NCBI GenBank assembly: GCA_965224085.1
Contig: CBDCYI010000005.1
Span: 2,239,424-2,303,423 of the forward strand
DNA: 64,000 nt
Reading direction: 5' to 3'
Origin: Candidatus Marinacidobacterales bacterium
Lineage (GTDB): Bacteria > Acidobacteriota > Vicinamibacteria > Marinacidobacterales > SMYC01
The position numbers were made by a program, and so were the translations under genes. The number at the start of each line of letters is the position of its first letter. Positions within the stretch are counted from its first letter, which is position 1. The notes below the pieces were generated by a model. The model was not told the origin of the DNA, ran no database searches, and worked only from the letters and a program-made list of their open reading frames with translations. This document shows positions 43,230 to 53,307 of this stretch, one piece after another.

Positions 43230-43499
43230 CTTAAAACGTCCTACATGAAGACGACCAAAGCATCCTGGTTGCAGGAGGTGCGCCAATCTCATACAGCTCG
43301 AGTTTATGGAAGGGACAGCCGAGCGCAAAGCAAAAGGCGCAGATCGCATCCTGGTCGGCCGAGCTCCACGAGCGGCGCAGTGCGTTGGAGGACGCGTTGA
43401 ACGCAGAGATCGCGGAGCTGAACCGGGTGATCGAGGAGCACCGACTCCCCCGCATTCGTGCCCGAGAGGCAAAGAAACCCACGCTCTAAGGAGGTGCTG

Positions 43500-43691
43500 A
43501 TGAAGGCGATACATCGATTTCGTCGAGCGGAGCAACTTCGGTTTTTCGATCGAAACAGAGTTCTCCCCCTGTGGAGCAGTCTTGCGGAAGACGTCAGGCA
43601 AGCGGTAACTCGATTGACGGCGGAGATGCTCCGTGAGCACTGGGCAACAAAATCCACGAACGAAGTAGAGAGGAGGACAAAGGATGAGTGA
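43500..43691 (+). CDS. small protein coupled to a serine recombinase
   Basis: AAGGAGG RBS; QLRFF...PLWSSL...RQAVTRL; overlaps the recombinase start. Confidence 0.65.
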   Translation: MKAIHRFRRAEQLRFFDRNRVLPLWSSLAEDVRQAVTRLTAEMLREHWATKSTNEVERRTKDE

Positions 43692-45821
43692 GAAGATCAG
43701 AAAGCAACACCTCGCACGTAAAGCTGTTCTTTATGTTCGGCAATCCTCCCCCCATCAGGTTGCCCGTAACGAAGAGAGCCGACGGCTCCAATACGCCATG
43801 GAGGACCGACTCAAGGAACTCGGCTGGGAGGAAGTCGAGGTCGTTGACGAGGACCTCGGCCGCTCAGCGGCTGGTGGGACGCACCGTAGCGGGTTTGAAG
43901 GTATGGTGGCCGAAGTGTGCCTAGGCAAAGTCGGTGCGGTAGCCGCCCGGGAAGTATCACGCTTCGCTCGAAACAGTCGGGATTGGCAGAAGCTGGTGGA
44001 AGTGTGTCGAGTGGTCGACACTCTTCTTATCGATCAGGAGACGATCTACGATTCTCGCCGCGGTAACGACAGGTTGCTTCTAGGATTGAAAGGCAGTCTC
44101 AACGAATACGAGCTCGATATCCTAAGGCTTCGCGCCGTAGAGGCTCGTCACGAGAAGGCGCGACGTGGAGAGTTGGTCGTCATAAGGTCTGCTGGCTATA
44201 TCACGACCGACGAAGGCATCGTGAAGGAGCCAGACCGCCGTGTCCAGCGGACCATAGGATTAGTGTTCCAAAAGTTTCTCGAGCTTGGCTCAGCCCGCCA
44301 AACCTTGCTGTGGTTCATCGAGCACGGTTTAGAAATCCCTGTGCGCGAGTATGGCACAACGGGCTGGGAGACCGTATGGAAACGCCCCACCTACCAGCTG
44401 GTAATACGAATTTTGCAGGACCCGATCCACGCGGGCGCCTACACCTACGGCAAGACCGAAGTAACGACTGAGTTTGAGAGTGGAGTCGCTCGCAAGAAAA
44501 TCAGGCGAAAACCGAAAGAAGAGTGGCTTGCTTTGCTCTACGATCACCATGAGAGCTATATTGCTCGCGAAGAGTTTGAGCGGATCCAAGAGATGATCTC
44601 AAACAACGCTCAATGGCCGAACGGCCCTGGACCTGGAGCAGCAAAAAAGGGGCGAGCGCTCCTGTCGGGCTTGCTGCGGTGCGGGCGTTGCGGCCGCAAG
44701 CTGATGGTGGTCTACACGGGCCGGAACTGCGACGTTGCGCGCTACATGTGTGGTCGGGGAGCGCTGAACAATGCGGAAGCTCGTTGTATCAGTTTCGGAA
44801 GTCAGCCAGTAGACGATGCTGTAGCCGGTGAAGTGCTCCGGGTGATCGAGCCTGGTGCCATAGAGGCAGCGATGCTCGCACAGCGAGAAGTTGCTTGCGA
44901 GCAGGATGACGTCGTCGAAGCGCTGCGTCTGGACCTCGAGGCAGCACGCTACACAGCGGAGCGCTCTTGGAAACAATACGATACCGCTGACCCAGCAAAC
45001 CGCCTGGTGGTTGATGAGCTGGAAAGACGGTGGAATATCGCACTCGAAACATTTCAAGAGCTCGAAGATAGGATCACGCAACAGGAAGCTCAGCGAAAGC
45101 AAGTGGTGGCGCCGGACCTGAAGGTTTTCGAACAGCTAGCCGAAGATCTCGGTCGCGTATGGAGTGATCCAGAGACGGACGTCCGGCTGAAGAAACGCAT
45201 CGTTCGTGCGCTGATTGAAGAGGTGATTGTCGACATCGACCCGCATTGGAAAGGCGGCACGCACTGATTGAAGAGGTGATTGTCGACATCGACCGAACAA
45301 TCGGTGAAACCTCACTCGTGATTCATTGGAAAGGCGGCACGCACACTGAATTGCGCGTACCGATTCGTCGCCGCGGGCAAAACAGTCTCCATACGTCAAA
45401 GGACATCGTCGATGCGGTACGAACTCTGACGCTGGTTTGTACTGATGATGTCGTAGCAGCTTACCTGAACCGTAACGGCCTACTCACCGGTCGTGGAAAC
45501 CGCTGGACCCGAGAGAGAGTTGTTTCCCTTCGAAATAAGCGCGGGATCGCTAAGTATTCACCCCGACGGCAAGAGGCAGAAGGCTGGATGACCCTAACTC
45601 AAGCGGCCGCCTATCTTGGCGTCTCTGGCAGCGCCCTCCGGCACAGGGTCGAACGAGGTGAGCTGAAAGCCATGCATCCGCTGCCTGATGGACCTTGGGT
45701 TCTTAATAGGCAACAACTTGATCAACCGGGTGTTCGCAAGGTTATCGAGAGGATCCGTCAGAATCGGAACCCCGCATCGCAATCACTCGAACAACGAACC
45801 CTTTTTGAAACAACAACATGA
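43684..45821 (+). pseudogene. large serine recombinase, frameshifted by a 53-nt internal duplication
   Basis: YVRQSS, DEDLGRS, EVSRFARN, LLSGLLRCGRCG, C-terminal HTH; removing 45242..45294 gives 694 aa. Confidence 0.88.
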
Positions 45822-46471
45822 CATGATGAGGCAGTATGAAACGTCATTCTAGTGCACTACGTATTCGGTTACCGCTGTGCGCAGGTGTCGCTCACTGAGA
45901 GGTACGAAGCGGTCGAGACACTCTCGACGTATAGAGAGAACGAATCTTTCCGCATATGCGTTCAGATTCGGACTATTAGCGGGAAGGCGAAGGGGCTTCA
46001 CGCCTGAATCTCTCAACAGCCCACGTACCGCCTCGGTGAATAGCGGGTCCCGGTCGTGGATGAGGTATCGCTTGCCAAGGAGGAAACCATCCCACATGTC
46101 AGTGAGGTTTCTTGCCACCTGCTTCATCCACTCCCCGTTGGGGTCCGACGTTATCCCACCGATGCACACGCAGCGAGTGGCGATATCGATGACAAACAGG
46201 ACATGGTAGCGGACGAGCCCGAACGGGTTCACAACCTCGACGGTGAACAGGTCTGTCGCAGCGATGGTGCCCCAATGAGCCTTGATGAAGGTGCTCCACG
46301 ACATGCTCCTGCCCCGCTCCGGCGCAGGCGCGATACCGTGCTCGGCGAGGAGCCTCTTGATAGTGTTGCGTCCGAGTTCATGTCCGAGGTTCTTGAGTGC
46401 GCCTCGCAGGCGCGTATATCCCCACGTCGGGTTCTCCCGCGCCACGCGCACAATGAGCTCACGGATGTCCT

Positions 46472-47838
46472 GGATCTGTCCCGATTCCCGTGGAAATAAG
46501 AATGGCGTAACCTCCGGTTAAGAAAAACCAAACCACGCCTGTAAAGGCGAGGAGGAGGATTACGCCATGAAGAAGCCTACCACCATATCGAAGGAGTCTG
46601 TAAGCGAGTACCGGGAGTTCGTCCAACTTCGGCTGCGTAAGCGGGTACTGGAGGCGATCGAGGTCGTGCTCGAGGAAGAAGTCGACCAAGCGCTGGGGTG
46701 TCGTAGCTACGAGCGTGCGGAAGACCGCCGTGGGTATCGCAACGGAGCCGAAACCCGTCGCGTGACGACGTCGGTGGGAACTCGCGAACTCCGGGTGCCA
46801 CGAGCCCGCGTGCGAGACGAGGAAACGGGAGAGACGACAGAGTTCAGGAGCGAGCTGTTGCCCCGGTATGCACGCCGGACTCGTGAGGTCGACGAGGCGA
46901 TCTTGGGGACGTACTTGTCGGGCGCGAATAGCCGCCGGATCCGCAAAGCGCTGAAACCACTGCTCGGTGAGGAGCACCTATCGAAGAGCGCGGTGTCTCG
47001 CGTGGTTAGTCGTCTGAAGGAGTGCTTCGAAGAATGGCAGAACCGTGCTCTCAGCGAGGAGGTCTATGCGATCGTTTACCTGGACGGCTTCCACATGAAA
47101 GTGCGGATGGCGAAGCGTGTGATCAGCGTACCCGTACTGGCCGCGCTCGGGATCGCGCCAGACGGGCAGAAACGTCTGTTGTCATTGCGTCTGGCGGTGA
47201 GCGAAGCCTCGACGCATTGGGGCTCCATGCTGGAGGGACTTCAGGCTCAAGGACTCCGGGCTCCCAAGCTAGTGATTAGCGATGGCCACAAGGGGCTGAC
47301 GAAAGCGCTCGAGAAGTGGCCGGGGTGCCGGGTGCAGCGATGTACCGAGCACAAGCGCGCCAACTTGCTCGAACATTGCCCGGCGCACGCACGCCGTGAG
47401 CTCCGGCGTGACTACAACCGGATCGTCTACGCCAAGAACGGGATCGATGCTCGCAAAGCCTATGACGAACTCGTCGCCAAGTGGACGCCTCTCACACCGG
47501 CCGTCGTCCGAAGCCTAGAGGAGGCCGGTAATCAGCTGCTGACCTTCTACGAATTCCCTCGTGCCATGTGGAAATCGATTCGAACGACCAATGCTCTGGA
47601 GAATCTCAACCGCGAGTTTCGACGCCGGACGAAAACCCAAGCGTCGTTCTCCAGCGAGGAGTCCGCGGTCGCTTTGCTGTTTGGGCTTATCGCCTCTGGC
47701 CAGATTCAACTACGGCGCAACGACGGCTACCAAGGTCTGAGCGAGGTTCTCAAACACGCGGAGGTTGCCGCCTGATCTGATACCCTGATGACGGAGTGGA
47801 GGGCGCCGTTCTTTTTCCACGAACCTCGGGACACATCC
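46472..47838 (+). mobile_element. IS256 family element
   Basis: Imperfect 35-bp TIR GGAT(C/G)TGTCCCGA...; 8-bp TSD GATGTCCT at 46464 and 47839. Confidence 0.93.
46567..47775 (+). CDS. IS256 family transposase
   Basis: GYRNG, VPRAR, YLDG, ISDGHKGL, QRC..H, TTNALENLNREFRRRTK. Confidence 0.96.
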   Translation: MKKPTTISKESVSEYREFVQLRLRKRVLEAIEVVLEEEVDQALGCRSYERAEDRRGYRNGAETRRVTTSVGTRELRVPRARVRDEETGETTEFRSELLPRYARRTREVDEAILGTYLSGANSRRIRKALKPLLGEEHLSKSAVSRVVSRLKECFEEWQNRALSEEVYAIVYLDGFHMKVRMAKRVISVPVLAALGIAPDGQKRLLSLRLAVSEASTHWGSMLEGLQAQGLRAPKLVISDGHKGLTKALEKWPGCRVQRCTEHKRANLLEHCPAHARRELRRDYNRIVYAKNGIDARKAYDELVAKWTPLTPAVVRSLEEAGNQLLTFYEFPRAMWKSIRTTNALENLNREFRRRTKTQASFSSEESAVALLFGLIASGQIQLRRNDGYQGLSEVLKHAEVAA

Positions 47839-48233
47839 GATGTCCTTCGCCGTCGGAGGTCGGCCTGGACTCCGGTTCTTGCTGCCATCGTACTTGGCTG
47901 CGATGAGGCAGCGGTACCAACGCAGAAGCGTAGCGGGTGTGGCAACGGACGCAATCTGGGCCAGCGCCTCGCGGCCCAAAGCCTGGGCCTTGACCGCGAG
48001 CCTGCGCCGCTCGTCGTCCGAGAGCCTGAGACGCTTGCCCCGAAGCCCGGCTCGGAGCACACGGTTCTCCTCTTGCAGGTAGTCGATCACATCCTGCTGC
48101 TGGCGGTTGACCCAGCCAGCTAGAACGAGCAGTAGGAATTGCACGTGGTACGTCATCATGGAGCTGAAGATAACACCCTCGGGCCAGACGATTGTAAAGC
48201 CTACGGCCCTTGGTCCGGTCGCAAACACAGACA

Positions 48234-48287
48234 CTAAGCTGCTGATTTATGGCCTATTTCAAAAGGGCCGAGTTTTGGCACAGGACG
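48234..48287 (-). repeat. 54-bp terminal repeat A (left end of type X element)
   Basis: Reverse complement of CGTCCTGTGCCAAAACTCGGCCCTTTTGAAATAG.CCATAAATCAGCAGCTTAG; further copies at 48847-48900(-), 49477-49530, 51443-51496, 51541-51594, 54862-55369 (split), 62729-62782(-). Confidence 0.92.
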
Positions 48288-48294
48288 GGGTGGG

Positions 48295-48450
48295 CGTGAA
48301 GTCAAAATACTCATGCGACTTCCCGACGGTAGAAACGTAGCAACCCGCCACCGACGCAATAATGTGCTGGAGAAAGAACGCGTTGTTCGCCTCAAGAAGC
48401 TAGGTCAGTCAGGCGACGCGTGACAACCGGTAATCGTAATGGAGCCCCCT
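48295..48450 (-). mobile_element. right-end remnant of a type Y-related element (end C)
   Basis: Starts CGTGAAGTCAAAATACTC (also 53125, 62644); 48347-48450 matches 49731-49835 including the last transposase codons. Confidence 0.75.
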
Positions 48451-48452
48451 CT

Positions 48453-48677
48453 CTACAGATCTAGCTCCATTTGCCAATCGGAGGAGGCGAGACGGTAGGC
48501 TGCGTACACCTGGGGAGCGCCGCAGACGTTGCACTCGCCGTGTTCCTCATGGCCCACTCTGCACTCCTGGTCAGCGCCGCATACGAGACAAAACGCTGGA
48601 ATGATGACTCCTCCCCTATCGTGCTCTATGGCGCAGTCGACCCGCTCGGCCGTGATGCTCTTGTGTATCCTCTCCAT
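48453..48677 (-). CDS. 74-aa CxxC-CxxC hypothetical protein
   Basis: GGAGG RBS; FCLVCG...ECNVCG. Confidence 0.6.
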   Translation of the reverse strand: MERIHKSITAERVDCAIEHDRGGVIIPAFCLVCGADQECRVGHEEHGECNVCGAPQVYAAYRLASSDWQMELDL

Positions 48678-48787
48678 ACAGCACCTCCTAGAGAGCAACG
48701 AGTATCGCGGGCGCCACCCGAAGTCAAGCCTAGAGGTATTTCTTGACGGCCCCGAGTTCGGTGGCAGCACCGGCGTAGTAGTGAGCC

Positions 48788-48900
48788 CATCCTGTGCCAA
48801 AACTCGGCTGTGCCTTCTATTTATTCATCCGCGCGCACCGAACTTGCTAAGCTGTTGATTTATGGTCTATTTCGAAAGATCCGAGTTTTGGCACAGGACG
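48788..48900. mobile_element. 113-bp chimeric mini-element (partial A + Z left end + inverted A)
   Basis: Inverted TCCTGTGCCAAAACTCGG at both ends; no coding content. Confidence 0.7.
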
Positions 48901-49064
48901 GCATCCCCTTGCTGGACGTTGTTTTCCCTGCGCGTACGGAGAACCCGAATCGCCGACATCGCCTCCGACACGCCCCAGATCTGGGGCTCGCCACGGGTCG
49001 ATGACGATCGAAACGGCCCGGCGCGCCAGTCTTGAGTTCGTTTGTGTTTTTGGACAGGACGGGC

Positions 49065-49125
49065 TCAACTTCGAGCCAACTCCACCGGCGTGAGATAGCC
49101 GAGGGAGCTGTAAGGTCGAACGGCG
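49065..49125 (-). pseudogene. IS3-type transposase C-terminal scrap
   Basis: AVRPYSSLGYLTPVELA resembles the RPHSSLGY.TP motif. Confidence 0.55.
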
Positions 49126-49476
49126 TCAATGCGGGCAGCCTGAGCCTTGAGTCTCGCTCGTGCCAAGTTCCGCAGTGCGCGCGTTGGTGATCGTCGGCTC
49201 CGCCGCCAATCGCCTCCGCCAGTCCGCCACAACGTCCGGTTCGACACCGAGCGCCAACGCGGCCGCTTCGTCAATGATTTGCCGGACTTCACACTCCTCG
49301 GCCTGCCGCATCGGAAGCAACTCCTCGTCGCAGGTCAGATCAAAAGCGTCCTTCAATGCATCCCAAGCTGGGTTGTCCTGCTTCGGAATACGGATTTCGC
49401 GAAGGTGCGCAAGCTGCCATACGGGATAAGTCAGCTTTCGACCTCGGCGGTTAAGCAGCATTAGTCGCGTCACTGT
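49126..49476 (-). pseudogene. 3' fragment of a large gene, possibly restriction-modification related
   Basis: Protein-like frame cut exactly at repeat A (49477); the family call is a guess. Confidence 0.45.
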
Positions 49477-49620
49477 CGTCCTGTGCCAAAACTCGGCCCT
49501 TTTCAAATAGACCGGAAATCAGCAGCTTAGACGCCCTTGGAATCCGTACAGAATCCAGGGTGTTTCGCGCCGCAGGGTTGGCTTCCGACCCCTGGGCTGC
49601 GGGTGGCGGGCGACAGGCCT

Positions 49621-51013
49621 TGTGCTCCGCAAAAAAGAAGATCGCGTATTGACGGGCAGACAGCCATGGGAGTTGAGGTCCCGCGAACTCGTGTTCGCCT
49701 CGGTGTAAGTTCTGCACTCTGTCGCTGCTGGGCCACCGACGCAATAACGTGCTTGAGAAAGAACGCGTTGTTCCCCGCGAGAAGCTAGGTCCGTCAGGCG
49801 ACGCGTGACAACCGGTAATCGTGATGAAGCCCACCAAGGACCGACCTCGAGGCAACGGCGCGCTGGGCGGGTAATTGATGCCGGTGCTGGTCCGGTTTCA
49901 TCGGAAGCTCGATACAGGGGGTGGGAAGGCCTGGCCCGAGCGATGAATGCGGTCTCGCCCGATTGTAGTAGTCACGCCATTCGGTCAAGAGTCGGCGGAG
50001 ATGTTCCTCTGACAGCGGTATCAGAAAATCCAAGCACTCCCGGCGTCTGGTGCCGATGAGTCTCTCACAATAGGCATTCGCCTGCGGTGCTCTGCGCGGC
50101 GTCCTCAACGGCCGAACACCCATCCCCCGGACGGAGCGGCGGAGGTCTGCTGAGAACTTGTTATCGCGGTCCACGATGACGAATCGATAGTCGTGCTCGC
50201 ACCCAATCGCCTCCAGGAACTGTTGCAGCGTCCACTCCGCGGTCGGATGCGCCGTCACGTTGAAGTGAAGCATCTTGCGGGTGCCGATTTCCATGATGAC
50301 GAAGACGTAAAGCACACGAAAGCTGACGGTGACTACGTTGAAAAAATCCGCAGCGACGACCGCTTTTGCGTGATTCCGCACGAATGTCGCCCAGCGATGC
50401 GATGCATTGCGCCGGTCCGGGCTGCCGTCATCTCGAATGGGTATGTACTTCCGAACGGTGCGCGGCGAGACGCAGACGCCAAGCTTGACGAGCAGCTCGT
50501 TGGCGATCCTCTCTTCGCCCCACGTGATGTTCGCGACCGCCATTTCAGCGATTAGTTTTTTCAGCTCCTCTGGCAGCGTTGGACGTCCTTTTGGCCTAGA
50601 CTTCCAACGCCAGAACAGCCGAAACCCTTTCCTGTGCCACAGAACGAGCGTATCGGGCTTGACCACGATAAGGGCTTCCTTCCAGTCGAATATCCTCGCG
50701 AGAGTCGCCATCGTGACCCGTGTGGCGTTATTCGTGCGCCGAGGCGCCTGCTTACGCTCGACAAAGAACGTAAGCTGCTTCCGAAGGAAAAGATTCTCTG
50801 CGGCGAGGGCGCTGCGCGAGCGGCATAGGTTGCGAGCGAACGCGATGGCGTCCAGAACAATAGACCGGATATTCGAAAACAGTCGCACGAGCGAGCCTCT
50901 CCACGTTCCTAAGACGCCGGTGGCGTCGTCGGGTCGACCGGCACGAAGCAGCCGAGCATGGCAGGTCTAAACCGCGCAATCAACGCCGGATCGACTTTTT
51001 TTTGCGGAGCACA
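49621..51013 (-). mobile_element. complete rve/integrase-core IS (type Y)
   Basis: 16-bp TIR TGTGCTCCGCAAAAAA at both ends; GCCT on both flanks (4-bp TSD). Confidence 0.85.
49794..50888 (-). CDS. integrase core domain (rve) DDE transposase, type Y
   Basis: AENLFLRKQL, WGEERIANEL, AADFF, VDRD, CERLIGT.RRECLD, GGLHHDY. Confidence 0.92.
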   Translation of the reverse strand: MRLFSNIRSIVLDAIAFARNLCRSRSALAAENLFLRKQLTFFVERKQAPRRTNNATRVTMATLARIFDWKEALIVVKPDTLVLWHRKGFRLFWRWKSRPKGRPTLPEELKKLIAEMAVANITWGEERIANELLVKLGVCVSPRTVRKYIPIRDDGSPDRRNASHRWATFVRNHAKAVVAADFFNVVTVSFRVLYVFVIMEIGTRKMLHFNVTAHPTAEWTLQQFLEAIGCEHDYRFVIVDRDNKFSADLRRSVRGMGVRPLRTPRRAPQANAYCERLIGTRRRECLDFLIPLSEEHLRRLLTEWRDYYNRARPHSSLGPGLPTPCIELPMKPDQHRHQLPAQRAVASRSVLGGLHHDYRLSRVA

Positions 51014-51056
51014 GCCTCTTTTCTGCTGCCGCACGGCCTGCTCAGCGCCCGCTCCC

Positions 51057-51442
51057 CTATTTGGCGCGCGTCGGCACCCGAAGGCGATGTCCGATTCGGA
51101 TTGTGGTCTTACGCCCCATGTTGTTGGCGGCCTGGATCGCTCGGACGCTCGTGCCGTACTTGCTCGCGAGGCCCAAGAGGGTGTCGCCGCGCGACACCTT
51201 GTGGGTGGCGTAGGTTGGATTGGGCGGCGATGGTCTCACCTTGAGCACCGTACCGGGCCGAAGCGTCTCGTCCCAGAACAAGTTGTTGTCCCGGATGATC
51301 CGCCACGGCTGAGACTTCATCACCTTGGCCACCGACCTCAGGGTGTCACCCGGCTTCGTCTCGTACTCGTTGTACTTTCCCTTCCAGGTCAGCGGAATCT
51401 GTAGCACTTGGTCGGCCGGAAGTGTCTGCAGGCGCCAGACCC
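51057..51442 (-). pseudogene. LysM repeat protein 3' fragment
   Basis: YETKPGDTLRSVAK, HKVSRGDTLLGLASKYGTSVRAIQAANNM; cut at repeat A (51443). Confidence 0.82.
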
Positions 51443-51685
51443 CGTCCTGTGCCAAAACTCGGCCTTTTGAAACAGACCATAATATCAGCAGCTTAGTGTC
51501 TGTGTTTGCGACCGGGTCAAGAGCCGTGCTTCGGCTACCCCGTCCTGTGCCAAAACTCTGTCCTTTTGAAATAGACCATAAATCAGCAGCTTAGTGTCTG
51601 TGTTTGCGACCGAGCCAAGGGCCGTGGGCTTTACAATCGTCTGGCCCAAGGGTGTAATCTTCAGATCCATGATGACGTACTACTC
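51443..51685 (+). mobile_element. two tandem type X left ends
   Basis: 51541-51680 matches the reverse complement of 48148-48287 through ATGATGACGTAC; 51443-51528 is a shorter copy. Confidence 0.85.
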
Positions 51686-51747
51686 GTCGTCGTGAAACGG
51701 CCAATCCTGGCAGGTCTAAACTCGGAATGGCACCGAAGTCAGGACCG

Positions 51748-51936
51748 CGTCGTGTCCAAAAATACAAACGAACTCAAGACCCGCGTCGCAAGCCGGACGG
51801 AACGGATGGTCCGGAGGAAGGCTGTGCTCGGGCCCGCCTATCGCAGAGCCAATGCCGCGTCGGCGGGTCTCCACGAATTTCGAAAACACCTCTAGGATTC
51901 CAGCTTTCGGCTCCGTTCGCGGTTTTGGACACGACG
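51748..51936. mobile_element. 189-bp MITE-like element (end B)
   Basis: 14-bp perfect TIR CGTCGTGTCCAAAA; end B also at 49061(-) and 53148. Confidence 0.7.
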
Positions 51937-52136
51937 CTGATTAGGCATAGTGGCCTCCTATTAACTCCTCTGTTAGAATAGTTTAGGGGAGGCAGCCCGA
52001 GGGTGAGCGGCACTAAGGAAACGAGCGCCAAGGCGATCGTCGAGAAACTGACCTAGGCCGACAGACCGGAGATTAATCGCGTTCGGTGCGCGCGGATGAA
52101 TAAATAGAAGGCACAGCCGAGTTTTGGCACAGGACG

Positions 52137-52180
52137 CGGTCAAACCTCTGCGAGTCACCCCGGCAGAGCCGGGGGTTTAC
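52137..52180 (-). mobile_element. IS200-type end remnant
   Basis: Minus strand GTAAACCCCCGGCTCTGCCGGGGTGACTCGCAGAGGTTTGACC, a subterminal hairpin resembling IS200/IS605 left ends. Confidence 0.5.
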
Positions 52181-52288
52181 CTGTGATAATTACAGCCAAA
52201 ATAGCGCTCGCGACCTTCGCCGCGCGCAAATGGAGCGTAAGCGATTTTTTTGCAAAGGGATACGTACACATCACCAACAGCAAACAGC

Positions 52289-52318
52289 GCAAGCACCGTG
52301 CCATGGCGGCATTCTTGC
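52289..52318. promoter_or_regulatory. back-to-back putative sigma54 -24/-12 elements
   Basis: Minus TGGCACGGTGCTTGC (52303-52289) abuts plus TGGCGGCATTCTTGC (52304-52318); both GG-N10-GC. Confidence 0.5.
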
Positions 52319-52386
52319 ACACGTGAGCGTGGTTTGCCTATAGTGCTGTCGCGTGCTCCATACCGCGCTAGGAGGAAAACATCTAA

Positions 52387-53103
52387 ATGAGCAAAGATAA
52401 CTGGAGTGATCTTGCGTCGGCGCTCAACTCCAAGCTAAAACTGCAAGCCACACCTATTGCCATCACCTTTTCCAACGACTTCCAAGGAGTTCCGCCATTC
52501 GAGGGACCGACCCCGGCGCCGATGCCCGATGGGCGGACTGGCAAGGTCCCTGCGGGCTGCGTTTTCTGGATGAAGGCAACGGACCGTACGTTCAGCACCG
52601 TCGCCGAAGATCACGGCAATTGCAGTGTCGGAAGCTTGACGCACGGCCTCAAGACAATGGACGAAGTAGCCGGCAATAGCGACGTGGCTGCGCTCCTAGA
52701 TAGCGGATGGGTCACGATGGATGTCGTCCCGCAAATCCCGGTGGTCAAGACCAAGTACCGCTACATTACCTACGGACCGCTCGTGGAGAGCTCGGATCCG
52801 GACGTGGTCGTCGTTCGCCTCAACGCAACACAACTTATGGTCCTTCATGACGCAATCCCCGGTCTTCGCTTCGAGGGAAAACCCCAGTGTCACATCGTCG
52901 CCATCGCCAAGGAGCAAGGTGAAATCGCGGCCAGTGTCGGGTGCATGCTAAGCCGGGTCCGTACAGGGATGTCACCCAGCGAAGTGACGTGCGCGATCCC
53001 GGCCTCCAAGCTGGGCGACGTCATCGAGGCGCTCGATTCCACTTGCGTGGCGGACGGCAAGGTGGCGACGTACGCTGCAGAAGATGGGAAGCGATTCGCC
53101 TAG
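52387..53103 (+). CDS. DUF169-like protein
   Basis: L.LQATPIAI, GCVFW, NCSVG, PDVVVV, SVGC..SR; AGGAGG RBS. Confidence 0.75.
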   Translation: MSKDNWSDLASALNSKLKLQATPIAITFSNDFQGVPPFEGPTPAPMPDGRTGKVPAGCVFWMKATDRTFSTVAEDHGNCSVGSLTHGLKTMDEVAGNSDVAALLDSGWVTMDVVPQIPVVKTKYRYITYGPLVESSDPDVVVVRLNATQLMVLHDAIPGLRFEGKPQCHIVAIAKEQGEIAASVGCMLSRVRTGMSPSEVTCAIPASKLGDVIEALDSTCVADGKVATYAAEDGKRFA

Positions 53104-53307
53104 GACCCTAAGTCGGTCAAACCCCGTGAGGTCAAAATACTCATGCGCGTCGCGTCCAAAAATACAAACGAACTCAAGACCGGCTTGCCGGGACGTTTCG
53201 GAATAGACGTGTCTACGCTTGGTTCGCAGCACTTGAATGACCGGGTTGATTTCCGGGATTGCAGGCTAGCGTAATCTCTAAACAGACAGCGAGGAGAGGA
53301 GAGACAA

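Larger units (their letters stand above)
45849..48159 (-). pseudogene. rve DDE transposase type X, split by IS256 and 3'-truncated
   Basis: 48159..47839 joins in frame to 46463..45849 ([22 protein letters not shown]); [21 protein letters not shown]. Confidence 0.88.

Noticed and set aside
43234-45844. AAACGTC direct repeat as att core of the recombinase element
   Set aside because: Only 7 bp, and 43235-43489 reads as the tail of an unrelated gene, so the true left end seems deleted.
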